A DNA stretch of 64,000 bases from Candidatus Aminicenantes bacterium. Lineage in GTDB: Bacteria > Acidobacteriota > Aminicenantia > UBA2199. The DNA lies in contig JAFGSF010000036.1 in NCBI GenBank assembly GCA_016934745.1, positions 31,722 to 95,721 on the forward strand, written 5' to 3'. Shown piece after piece: positions 55,952 to 64,000 of this stretch. Below the pieces are notes generated by a model. It saw nothing but the letters and a program-made list of their open reading frames with translations, did not search any database and was not told the origin of the DNA. Positions within the stretch are counted from its first letter, which is position 1. Every line of letters starts with the position of its first letter. The translations under genes were made by a program, and so were the position numbers.

Positions 55952-56314
55952 ATGAATAAAGGTTTTACATTGATTGAAACGTTGGTGGCGCTGACGTTGC
56001 TGATGCTGGCCGTTCTATTCAGTGCCCGGGTCATGAGTTATGCCCTGCAGCAGTCGCGCCAGTCAGGCTTGCGTTTCCGCCTGATGGAGACCAGTGATTA
56101 TTACAAGCATTACTTGTCTTCCCGGCCTTTCCCCGCGCTTGAACTTGCAGAGGGCGCTCACCGGCAGGATGGTCGGGAGTTTCTCGTCAGCTGGCAGGTC
56201 GAGGCGGTTGCGGCCGGATTGAAGCGGATCAAGCTGTTGGCGGCCGCCGCCCATGCTTCGGTGCGCACTGTTTTTTACAAATCGAACTTCATCCAGGAGG
56301 TGAAAAATGATTAA
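55952..56314 (+). CDS. minor pseudopilin (GspI/PilV-like), prepilin-type N-terminus
   Basis: AGGAGGG SD, then 'MNKG|FTLIETLVALTLLMLAVLF' with Glu+5. 120 aa. Confidence 0.75.
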   Translation: MNKGFTLIETLVALTLLMLAVLFSARVMSYALQQSRQSGLRFRLMETSDYYKHYLSSRPFPALELAEGAHRQDGREFLVSWQVEAVAAGLKRIKLLAAAAHASVRTVFYKSNFIQEVKND

Positions 56315-57002
56315 GGGTTTTGGAATTTTAGAAATGCTGATTTCCCTGTCTTTAGGCCTGGGGATGTTAACGGTGATCATCGCCCACGCATCGGAAAATG
56401 GACGGCTGGCAAGAAAAATCACCAGCAACCAGGAAAGACTGGAAGCGATATTTCACACCGTGGATACCATAAAATCCGACCTGAACAAGTGCGGCATGCG
56501 TTTGCAGGAAGCCGGAAAATCATTCGCAATGCCCTGGTTCGAAAGCTCTCCGGGCGGGTTTAAGGTGACCTACGGATTGGCCGATGAAGCACTTCTGGAA
56601 AATGCACTGCAGGGTCAGCAGACTTTGAAAATCGACAACAATGATTTTTTTAACAAAGATAAAATTGTCTTGATATACGATCGGCCAGGGCAGGTTTGGG
56701 AATTCAATGAAATCAGTGATTTTTATGGAGGTGTCGTCGCTTTAAAAAATCCGCTGCAGCATGATTTTCCAAGAAACAGCCCGGTGCTGGCATTGAAAAA
56801 AGTGGAATACAAGTTCTATCCCGCCCAGCGCGTTTTGAAGAGGAAGAACGACAAGGGGAATTTCCAACCCCTGTTAGAGGAGGTCACTGATTTTTACGTG
56901 ACTTTCTTCCCAGATGCCAACTCGGTTTTATACCGCATTGAAGTCAATAAAAAAGAGCAGATCCGCGGCTATATCTTTCTGCTCAACCTGGTGCAGCCAT
57001 GA
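56307..57002 (+). CDS. minor pseudopilin (GspJ/PilW-like)
   Basis: 'MIKG|FGILEMLISLSLGLGMLTVII' keeps Gly-1 and Glu+5. 231 aa. Overlaps the upstream stop. Confidence 0.6.
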   Translation: MIKGFGILEMLISLSLGLGMLTVIIAHASENGRLARKITSNQERLEAIFHTVDTIKSDLNKCGMRLQEAGKSFAMPWFESSPGGFKVTYGLADEALLENALQGQQTLKIDNNDFFNKDKIVLIYDRPGQVWEFNEISDFYGGVVALKNPLQHDFPRNSPVLALKKVEYKFYPAQRVLKRKNDKGNFQPLLEEVTDFYVTFFPDANSVLYRIEVNKKEQIRGYIFLLNLVQP

Positions 57003-58336
57003 AGCGCCGGGGCAACATCGTCATCGCGGTTCTTTTCATGCTGCTGCTTTCTTTTTCCGGGCTGGCCCTGCTGACGCATTCGCTGCTGCACAGTAAAATA
57101 ATTGCCGCCAGGCGAGGCAAATGGCAGATTGGCACCATGCTGGAACAATCCATTTTATTGCAGCTGCATCGGTATCGGCTGCAATTGAACGACAGCGACG
57201 TGAATCACTACGCCGTTCCGGAAACCGATTTTTTCAACAGCCTCAACTTTCCCGACCTGAGTGAAAATGGTGTGCAGGTAAAAAACCATTTCAGCCGGCA
57301 AAAGCTGACTGCGGGCGGTAGTTTCAGTAAGGTCAGGGTCTTTAACTTTCTGACCGCCGCCAGCGACAAGAGCCGCCTGGCCTATGGTGGACAAGCTTCG
57401 GTCGAATTGCTTGCCGGGGATATCCCCCTCAGTGAGTTTTCCCTGCTGGTGCACAAGGATATCCGTGAAACGCAAGCCGCTTACCTTGCCGCAAAAGGGG
57501 TGGAATGGTCGGGACAGTTAATCAACCTGCCGGGAAAACCGGCCGTTTCCGGAGAATGCCGCAGTCTGCTGGCTGCCGCCTTGAAACTGTCCGCTCCAAT
57601 TCCGGATTGGCGGCAGATCAGGGAAAAATTCAACCTGGAATCTTCCGCCGCGGCCATTCCAAGCGGAATTTATTTGAGCCTGTCTGATGGATTGGTTGAA
57701 ACGATTTTTGTCGAGGGTGACCTGCAGCTGCTTGAATTTCGGGCTGAAGCAGGCCTGCAGTTTATTGTTTTCGGTCAGGATGCACGCTTGTCTGAACTCT
57801 GCTACCGGCCGGGTCTGGAATCTGTGCTGTGGGGTGGCCATGAAGCGGTGAACGGCTGCCGGTTTGCCGAGAAAATATTTGTCCATGGCAATATATGGGC
57901 GATCGTCCAGTCAGGGAACGCCGCCTTTGCGGACGACTCGTGCATCCAGGTACTGGCCTCCGGGCAAATGAGGGTCAATACGGGGCTGGTTGGAGAAAAC
58001 CTGGGTTTGCAAAAAACCAAATTTGCCCACCTGCTGCTGATGACCAGCAACAGAGATTTTATCAGCAATGATGAGCTCAACGCCGATATCGTTCTGGCTC
58101 CGGGATCCGGCAGTACGATCGAGGCCCAGCTGCTGGCCGCGGGAAAAGTCGTTCACGGTGACGGCTTGGTGAAGATTTGCGGCAGCCTGATTGCTGGAGA
58201 TATCCAGAATTCGGGTTGCCTGCAAATCCAGGCCCTGGCCGGTCAATTCGATTTTCCGGCGCAGCTGGGTTTTAAAAATTTCAAATGCCTGAAAAATTTC
58301 CGGGTCCATTTCATCACGGAGGGCGGCGATGAATAA
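56999..58336 (+). CDS. large pseudopilus-associated protein (GspK/PilX position), N-terminal anchor without Glu+5
   Basis: 'MKRRGNIVIAVLFMLLLSFSGLALLTHSLL' resembles PilX_N/GspK N-termini, which lack Glu+5. The remaining ~400 aa are unrecognised. ATGA overlap. Confidence 0.45.
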   Translation: MKRRGNIVIAVLFMLLLSFSGLALLTHSLLHSKIIAARRGKWQIGTMLEQSILLQLHRYRLQLNDSDVNHYAVPETDFFNSLNFPDLSENGVQVKNHFSRQKLTAGGSFSKVRVFNFLTAASDKSRLAYGGQASVELLAGDIPLSEFSLLVHKDIRETQAAYLAAKGVEWSGQLINLPGKPAVSGECRSLLAAALKLSAPIPDWRQIREKFNLESSAAAIPSGIYLSLSDGLVETIFVEGDLQLLEFRAEAGLQFIVFGQDARLSELCYRPGLESVLWGGHEAVNGCRFAEKIFVHGNIWAIVQSGNAAFADDSCIQVLASGQMRVNTGLVGENLGLQKTKFAHLLLMTSNRDFISNDELNADIVLAPGSGSTIEAQLLAAGKVVHGDGLVKICGSLIAGDIQNSGCLQIQALAGQFDFPAQLGFKNFKCLKNFRVHFITEGGDE

Positions 58337-58754
58337 AAAGGGATTGACGGTGGTTGAATTGCTGGTAACGGTCGCTTTGTTCGCCCTGTTGATCACAACG
58401 GTGGTCCCAAGCATGCAGTCATTTTTTACCCGGCTGGAGATCCATAACGGCTTGCGCACGGTGAGCGCCGCGCTGAGCACGGCCCGCTACCAGGCTATCC
58501 GGGAAAACCAGCCGGTGCGCGTCGACGTCGTTCCCGGCTGCCTCAGCCTCAGCGTGGACAACGGCGAGGGCTGGCAGGTGACGCGCCGCTTCGAACTCAG
58601 CGGCAAGCTTTCGGTTCGCGCCAACAGCCGGCCGGTATTCTCGCCGCTGGGCAACGCCTCGCCCCTGTGCACCATCACCCTGGAAATGCAAAAAAGGGTG
58701 TACCGCATCGTGTTGTCGATGTACGGCCGCATCAAGGTCTACGGCAACCATTGA
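58329..58754 (+). CDS. GspH/FimT-family pseudopilin
   Basis: 'MNKKG|LTVVELLVTVALFALLITTVVPSMQSF...LRTVSAALSTARYQAIRENQPVRV' is typical of GspH/FimT. Confidence 0.75.
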   Translation: MNKKGLTVVELLVTVALFALLITTVVPSMQSFFTRLEIHNGLRTVSAALSTARYQAIRENQPVRVDVVPGCLSLSVDNGEGWQVTRRFELSGKLSVRANSRPVFSPLGNASPLCTITLEMQKRVYRIVLSMYGRIKVYGNH

Positions 58755-58781
58755 AGCTTTGGGCGTAAAACAGTCGCCTGG

Positions 58782-60065
58782 TTATTTCACTTTCGGCAGA
58801 ATATTTTTCAGGATGTCCTTGTGCACGGTATAGGTCAGCATCTTGAGCTTGATGTAGTCGCCGCGAAAAAAGTAATAGCCTTCGTGCTTGCCCCAGCGCG
58901 CCGAGCGTCCCGAATCCTTGATCAAAAACCAGTCATGGCCCCGATAGCGGGCATAGCCGACCAGGTGGATGCCGTGATCATCATCGGTGGTTTTATTGTC
59001 AATGCGGTATTCACGGGCGTCCTGATTGATATGGGACTGGGGAATGTCAAAGGAGGGGATGAAGCAGACGTCCTGGGAACCCAGCTTGCCCGGCTCGGAG
59101 ACATCGCCGCCGATGCCCACGCTGTAGCCGGATTTGATGGCCTTGACGACCAGGCCGTACCACTCGCCCAACGGCAGGTTGAGATAGTCCTTGCTGTGCC
59201 ACCAGTTGTCCGGAACCGTGAATTCCTGGAAGGTATAAAAGGGATAACGGCTGGTAGACATCACGTCCACGTAGTCGTCCATGTTAAGCGGGGTTTCGTT
59301 ATGCAGGAATTCCAGCGGCGTCATTTCCTTGCCGTTATAAACGAATCTTTGCTGGGGAGTGCCCAGGTGTTTGTTTAAAATCACGGTGACATGGTTGAGC
59401 ACGTCCTGTTCGTCCCAGAGGCTGTTGGCTTTGACAAAACCCAGATAAACCCTGATCTCATCGATCAGTCGGGCATGGTCATGCTTCTGTCCGGCTGCAT
59501 TTATTGCCGGGAAAACGGTTGCGGGGACGATGCCATGGCTTTTCCAGATACGATTGATCGCGTTGCTTTCGCCTCCCTCGGCGACCAGCGATTCGCCGCG
59601 CTCGTGGACGAAGCGCCGGACTTTTTCCAGGTATTCGAAATAGACTGTCCACATCTCGGCAAGCTTGATCTTTTTGCCGCTCAGGCGGAATATTTCCGAT
59701 TCATAGTACGAGGTGGCGGCGAAGCTCCAGCAGGTATTGGTGTAGTACTGGGCAACGGGAGGAAAATGAAAACAGGATTTGAAAGCAGCCGGGGATTGAG
59801 GCGGGAAAACTCCACTCAAGTCGGAATGCAAACTTCGTTCCAGATTTTCCAACGCTTCCTTCTTGGTTTTCTGTCTTTTTTTTATGGCTTGCGTTGCTTC
59901 ATCAGCCAGCTTCTGTTCTTTTTCCCGGTCCTCTTCCATGGCCTTTAAAACCGGGTCCGTATATTTTTTTTCGTATTTAACCTTGTTCTTTTGGTCATTT
60001 GCCGCCCGGAGTCCGGCAAAATTCCCCACACTCAAACAAATTAACAGGACGATGATTTTTTTCAT
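58782..60065 (-). CDS. secreted C1-family cysteine peptidase (aminopeptidase C / bleomycin-hydrolase-like)
   Basis: Signal peptide. Catalytic Cys context 'QYYTNTCWSFAATSYYE' and His context 'DDDHGIHLVGY'. Confidence 0.8.
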   Translation of the reverse strand: MKKIIVLLICLSVGNFAGLRAANDQKNKVKYEKKYTDPVLKAMEEDREKEQKLADEATQAIKKRQKTKKEALENLERSLHSDLSGVFPPQSPAAFKSCFHFPPVAQYYTNTCWSFAATSYYESEIFRLSGKKIKLAEMWTVYFEYLEKVRRFVHERGESLVAEGGESNAINRIWKSHGIVPATVFPAINAAGQKHDHARLIDEIRVYLGFVKANSLWDEQDVLNHVTVILNKHLGTPQQRFVYNGKEMTPLEFLHNETPLNMDDYVDVMSTSRYPFYTFQEFTVPDNWWHSKDYLNLPLGEWYGLVVKAIKSGYSVGIGGDVSEPGKLGSQDVCFIPSFDIPQSHINQDAREYRIDNKTTDDDHGIHLVGYARYRGHDWFLIKDSGRSARWGKHEGYYFFRGDYIKLKMLTYTVHKDILKNILPKVK

Positions 60066-60085
60066 AATGGCTCCTTTTATTTTTA

Positions 60086-61477
60086 TTAGAATTCCGCGCT
60101 CTTGGGGGTACGCGGGAAGGGGATGACATCGCGGATGTTTTCCATGCCGCTCAGGTACATGACCGCCCTTTCAAAACCAAGTCCGAAACCGGCATGGGGG
60201 GCGCCGCCGAATTTGCGCAGGTTCAGGTACCACTGATAGTCGGATTCCTTGAGCCCCATTTCCGCGATTCGGCTTCTAAGCACATCGTGTCTTTCCTCAC
60301 GCTGGCTGCCGCCGATGATTTCACCCACTTCGGGAACCAGCAGGTCCATGGCGGCCACGGTGCGTTTGTCGTCGTTCAGGCGCATGTAGAAAGCTTTGAT
60401 CGCCTTGGGATAATCGGTCACGAATACCGGTTTTTTGAATACATGCTCGGTCAGATAGCGTTCATGCTCGGTTTGCAGATCGTTGCCCCACATGACCGGG
60501 AAATTAAAAGACGTTCCCGATTTTTCCAGAATTTCGACGGCTTGGCTGTAACTGATGTGTTCGAACTCGGAATCGAGAACCAGCTGCAGCCGCTGCAACA
60601 GACGGGTGTCGATGAAACGGTTGAAAAACTCCATCTCCTGCGGCGCCTGCTCCAGGACGAAACGGATGACGTATTTCATCATGTCTTCGGCCAGGCGCAT
60701 GTTGTCGTTAAGATCGGCAAAGGCGATCTCGGGTTCAATCATCCAGAATTCCGACGCGTGGCGCTGGGTGTTGGAGTTTTCGGCGCGAAAAGTCGGGCCG
60801 AAGGTGTACACCCGGTTGAAAGCCAGGCAAAAGCCCTCGACGTTGAGCTGGCCGCTGACGGTCAGGTTGGTCTCCTTTCCGAAAAAATCCTGGTTGAAAT
60901 CGATCTTTTTTTGTTCGTTCAATGGAGGGTTCTGCAGGTCCAGGGTGGTCACACGGAACATTTGCCCGGCACCCTCGCAATCACTTCCGGTAATGATCGG
61001 TGTGTGCACATAGACAAAGCCCTTTTCATGGAAAAACTTGTGGATGGCATATGCCAGCAGGCTGCGTACCCGGAACACGGCCATGAAGGTGTTGGTACGC
61101 GGGCGCAAATGGGGAATGGTGCGCAGGTATTCGAATGAATGGCGCTTTTTCTGCAGCGGGTATTCCAAGCTGGAAAGACCGATGGCTTCGATGGCTTGTG
61201 CTTTCAGTTCGAATGGTTGACCGGCCGCCGGCGAAGCCAGCAATTTTCCTGCAACTTTCAGGGCTGAACCGAGCGGGAACTTGGTCGCTTCGCTGAAATT
61301 AGCCAGTGTTTCGTCATATACGACCTGCAGGTTTTTGAAGCATGAGCCGTCATTCAGTTCGATAAAGGCAAAATTTTTCGATAGGCGCTGGGTGCGTATC
61401 CAGCCGCGGACTTCCAGCTCGGTTTCCAGCAGCGATGCCGGGTTGGCGAAAATTTCCTTGATCGTGATCCAACTCAT
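60086..61477 (-). CDS. asnS: asparagine--tRNA ligase
   Basis: 463 aa from ATG 61477 (SD gaggtgagg). OB-fold N-domain '[23 protein letters not shown]', class II motifs '[21 protein letters not shown]' and '[12 protein letters not shown]'. Confidence 0.95.
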   Translation of the reverse strand: MSWITIKEIFANPASLLETELEVRGWIRTQRLSKNFAFIELNDGSCFKNLQVVYDETLANFSEATKFPLGSALKVAGKLLASPAAGQPFELKAQAIEAIGLSSLEYPLQKKRHSFEYLRTIPHLRPRTNTFMAVFRVRSLLAYAIHKFFHEKGFVYVHTPIITGSDCEGAGQMFRVTTLDLQNPPLNEQKKIDFNQDFFGKETNLTVSGQLNVEGFCLAFNRVYTFGPTFRAENSNTQRHASEFWMIEPEIAFADLNDNMRLAEDMMKYVIRFVLEQAPQEMEFFNRFIDTRLLQRLQLVLDSEFEHISYSQAVEILEKSGTSFNFPVMWGNDLQTEHERYLTEHVFKKPVFVTDYPKAIKAFYMRLNDDKRTVAAMDLLVPEVGEIIGGSQREERHDVLRSRIAEMGLKESDYQWYLNLRKFGGAPHAGFGLGFERAVMYLSGMENIRDVIPFPRTPKSAEF

Positions 61478-61637
61478 GTCCTCACCTCGATGAAGACCCA
61501 TTGTAGCGCAAAAAAGCCAGGCGGGCAAATTCCAGCCAGGCGGGCTCCATGCCCGCATGTTGACAATGCGAAAATATTAGATCAAAATGGTTGGGTGGCA
61601 AAATCAAGGATTGACCTGCATGCAGGGAGGAAACAGG

Positions 61638-62453
61638 ATGAAAAAAAAGATTGAAAATGTCAAGTTTTTTTTGGATCGCGGCGTGTTGGCGGCGTGGGTG
61701 TTGCTGGCGCTGTTTTTTTCTCTGCCGGCCCAGCAGGGTTTCAACCAGAATGAAAAAGAGTCAATTAGAAATTACAAACGCGCCCGGGAGCACTTTCTCA
61801 AGGGCGGAGACTACTTGAACAAAGGAAAATTCGAGAAAGCCCGGAATGAGGCCGATATTGCTTTGCAGGTATTCCCGGGGTACGCCGATGCCTATTTACT
61901 GGTGGCTGAGCTTGATTACCGGCAAGGACAACTGGAGCCGGCCCTGCAAGCGATTGAAACCGCCAAAGCGAATTTTAAAAAATTCAGCAGGTTCTACGAG
62001 TACTCTTACCTGGAGTATCTCAAGCTTTTGCGGGAAGAAAGAGATTATGTGGACAAGCACATCAATGACCTGACCAGGCAGCTGATAAACCCCATGGAAG
62101 ACGAAGCAAGACAGAAGCTGGAGGATGTGATCAACAGGGATAAGCAAACCCGCGACACGCTGGATACCCGTTTGCGCAATCCGATCCCCGAGGTCCTGGA
62201 TATCCCGGCCGAATATCATTACACGCACGGCAATATTCTCTTTAAAATGAAGCGTTTGAATGAGGCTCAGGGGTTGTACCAGGCCGCGATCCAAGCCGAT
62301 CCCAAGCATGCCAACGCCTACAACAACCTGATCAATATTTTTTATATCCAGGGCAACATGGCCCAGGCTCTGGAATATCTCAAGCAGGCCGAGTCCAGGG
62401 GCGTCCGCGTGACCGAGGGGCTGAAAAAAGCGGTCCTGGAAAAACAACCATAA
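61638..62453 (+). CDS. secreted TPR-repeat protein
   Basis: Signal-anchor 'AAWVLLALFFSLPAQQ'. TPR-like 'ARNEADIALQVFPGYADAYLLVAELDY' and 'AQGLYQAAIQADPKHANAYNNLINIFY'. Confidence 0.65.
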   Translation: MKKKIENVKFFLDRGVLAAWVLLALFFSLPAQQGFNQNEKESIRNYKRAREHFLKGGDYLNKGKFEKARNEADIALQVFPGYADAYLLVAELDYRQGQLEPALQAIETAKANFKKFSRFYEYSYLEYLKLLREERDYVDKHINDLTRQLINPMEDEARQKLEDVINRDKQTRDTLDTRLRNPIPEVLDIPAEYHYTHGNILFKMKRLNEAQGLYQAAIQADPKHANAYNNLINIFYIQGNMAQALEYLKQAESRGVRVTEGLKKAVLEKQP

Positions 62454-62477
62454 CAGTAATTCCCACCGCTTAAAAAA

Positions 62478-63251
62478 ATGAAGATTGTTATTTTCTATTA
62501 TACGGGAACGGGCAATTCGTTATGGTCGGCACGGCTGCTGGCTGAAAAACTGGATGGCGCCGCGCTGCGGCCGCTGAAGGCCGCGGACCCTTTTTCAGCC
62601 GCGGATGCCGATGCCGTGGGTTTTGTCTTCCCTGTGCACATGTGGGGCATACCGGGTCCGGTACTGGAATTCCTGGAAAAGCTGACGCTCAAACCCGAGG
62701 TGTATTATTTTGCACTGGCGGTTAACGCCGGCCAGGTTTCACGCACGTTGATTCAGCTGCGCGGGCTTCTGTCCAGGCGAGGAGTGAAACTTGCCGCCGG
62801 TTTCAGCATTGTCATGCCCAGCAATTACATCCCCTGGGGGGGGCCGGGGACTGAAAAACGACGCCACAATTTGTTCCGGATTGGGTGCGAAAAGATTAAT
62901 GAGGCTGCAGCCTTCATTGCCGGGCAAAAATCGGGAATGATCGAAAGGGGACCGGCCTGGCAGCGTATTCTGTTCACGGCCATCTATAAGATGACTTTCA
63001 AGCAGGTCAAGACCATGGATAAGGGCTTCTGGTGCGATGACAAGTGCAATGCCTGCGGCATCTGCGTCAAGGTCTGTCCGGCAAAAAATATCATCCTGGA
63101 GGCGGGCAAGCCCCTTTGGCAGCATCGCTGCGAACAGTGCCTGGCCTGCATCCAATGGTGCCCGCAGGAATCAATCCAATACGGGAAAAAGACGCCGGCT
63201 TATGAACGCTACCACCATCCCGAAGTGCAATTGAATGACATGATCGCCTGA
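62478..63251 (+). CDS. EFR1-family ferredoxin (flavodoxin-like domain + 2x[4Fe-4S] motif)
   Basis: 'MKIVIFYYTGTGNSLWSARLLAEKL' flavodoxin-like N-terminus. Cluster motifs 'CNACGICVKVCP' and 'CEQCLACIQWCP'. Confidence 0.75.
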   Translation: MKIVIFYYTGTGNSLWSARLLAEKLDGAALRPLKAADPFSAADADAVGFVFPVHMWGIPGPVLEFLEKLTLKPEVYYFALAVNAGQVSRTLIQLRGLLSRRGVKLAAGFSIVMPSNYIPWGGPGTEKRRHNLFRIGCEKINEAAAFIAGQKSGMIERGPAWQRILFTAIYKMTFKQVKTMDKGFWCDDKCNACGICVKVCPAKNIILEAGKPLWQHRCEQCLACIQWCPQESIQYGKKTPAYERYHHPEVQLNDMIA

Positions 63252-63288
63252 ACCATCACCCAAAGCGGCGCCTTGAAAACAGGTGGAT

Positions 63289-64000
63289 TTAGACAAGCAG
63301 TTTGCCCCTGATTTCATTCAGACCGTTTATTTGCAAATGGGTCATTTCCTGTTCCATTTCAGCCAGGATACGCACGGCGGCGGCCGGTTCGGTGAAGTTG
63401 ACGGTGCCGATTTGAACGGCTGAAGCGCCGACCAGGATATATTCCAGGACATCTTTTCCCGAAGTGATTCCGCCCATGCCGATGACCGGGATCTGGACTT
63501 GGCGGCAGACTTCCCAGACCAGTTTCAAGGCCAAAGGCTTGATGGCCGGTCCGGACAATCCGGCCAGGGTGTTGGCAAACAGCGGCCGGCGCTTTTCCAG
63601 GTTGACGGCCAGTCCCAGGAAGGTGTTGACCAGCGACAGGGCGTCGGCGCCGGCTTCCTGGGCCGCGCGTGCAACAGCGGCAATATCGGCAGCATTGGGA
63701 GAAAGCTTGACGATCAATGGTTTGTGGACATGCTCCTTGACGCGTTTGACCAGGCGGTAGGTGTGCTGGTCGTCCTGGGCAGGGCAGGCGCCACCTTGCT
63801 TGACATTGGGACAGGAGATGTTCAATTCCAGCATAGTGACTTCGGGCATGGCGGCGAAGATTTCGGCCACTTCCACGAACTCCTGGTCGTTCTGGCCGCA
63901 GACATTGACGATGATCGGTGTACTGGTTTTGGCGCTCAGGCGGCGGATGATTTCCTGCAGTTTGTCGGCGCCCGGACCGGCCAGGCCGATGGAATTGAGC
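63289..64000 (-). CDS. pyrD: dihydroorotate dehydrogenase catalytic subunit (class 1), N-terminus outside the window
   Basis: 'LELNISCPNVKQGG', 'IVKLSPN' and 'GLSGPAIKPLALKLV...IPVIGMGGI'. The reading frame stays open to the window end. Confidence 0.85.
   Translation of the reverse strand, partial: LNSIGLAGPGADKLQEIIRRLSAKTSTPIIVNVCGQNDQEFVEVAEIFAAMPEVTMLELNISCPNVKQGGACPAQDDQHTYRLVKRVKEHVHKPLIVKLSPNAADIAAVARAAQEAGADALSLVNTFLGLAVNLEKRRPLFANTLAGLSGPAIKPLALKLVWEVCRQVQIPVIGMGGITSGKDVLEYILVGASAVQIGTVNFTEPAAAVRILAEMEQEMTHLQINGLNEIRGKLLV

Noticed and set aside
60194-61138. A 314-aa plus-strand ORF inside asnS.
   Set aside because: asnS on the minus strand has all class II motifs and the correct length. 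The plus ORF is a shadow.

Overview
64-kb chromosomal window from a diderm bacterium (lpxD, PBP1A, beta-barrel-type proteins ending in Phe). The taxon cannot be assigned from the sequence alone. I support 56 protein-coding genes and one decayed gene. I saw no rRNA, tRNA, CRISPR array, transposase, integrase or phage gene. Layout: (i) 1-4.1 kb holds atpI-like/atpB/atpE (F0 a and c only), yihY, lpxD and a DUF1573 protein. (ii) 4.1-33.7 kb is a very large surface-glycan region. It starts with two Wzy_C (O-antigen-ligase-like)+TPR membrane proteins and two tandem GspG-type pseudopilin genes, each behind a sigma54-type -24/-12 element. Divergent from these is a tightly coupled, GC-rich block: DegT aminotransferase, a DegT remnant, a FemAB-like transferase, three SAM methyltransferases, a PAPS-type sulfotransferase, a Wzx flippase and four GT-B glycosyltransferases. 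After that come five GT-C-like polytopic proteins, a ~1210-aa PAP2_C + polytopic + spermidine-synthase-like fusion, a membrane-anchored sulfatase-superfamily enzyme and a fourth methyltransferase. (iii) 33.7-64 kb is mostly housekeeping (recN, miaB, ligA, acpS, PBP1A, cobO, smc, asnS, pyrD). It is interleaved with secreted/outer-membrane proteins, a subtilase, an AOX-like di-iron protein, a GNAT-HDAC fusion, comEA and a four-gene minor-pseudopilin operon. The most interesting hypothesis is that the pilin genes, the adjacent Wzy_C/TPR proteins and the glycan block form a pilin/protein O-glycosylation system, possibly with a sulfated and methylated glycan. This rests on synteny and motifs read by eye only; no searches were run.
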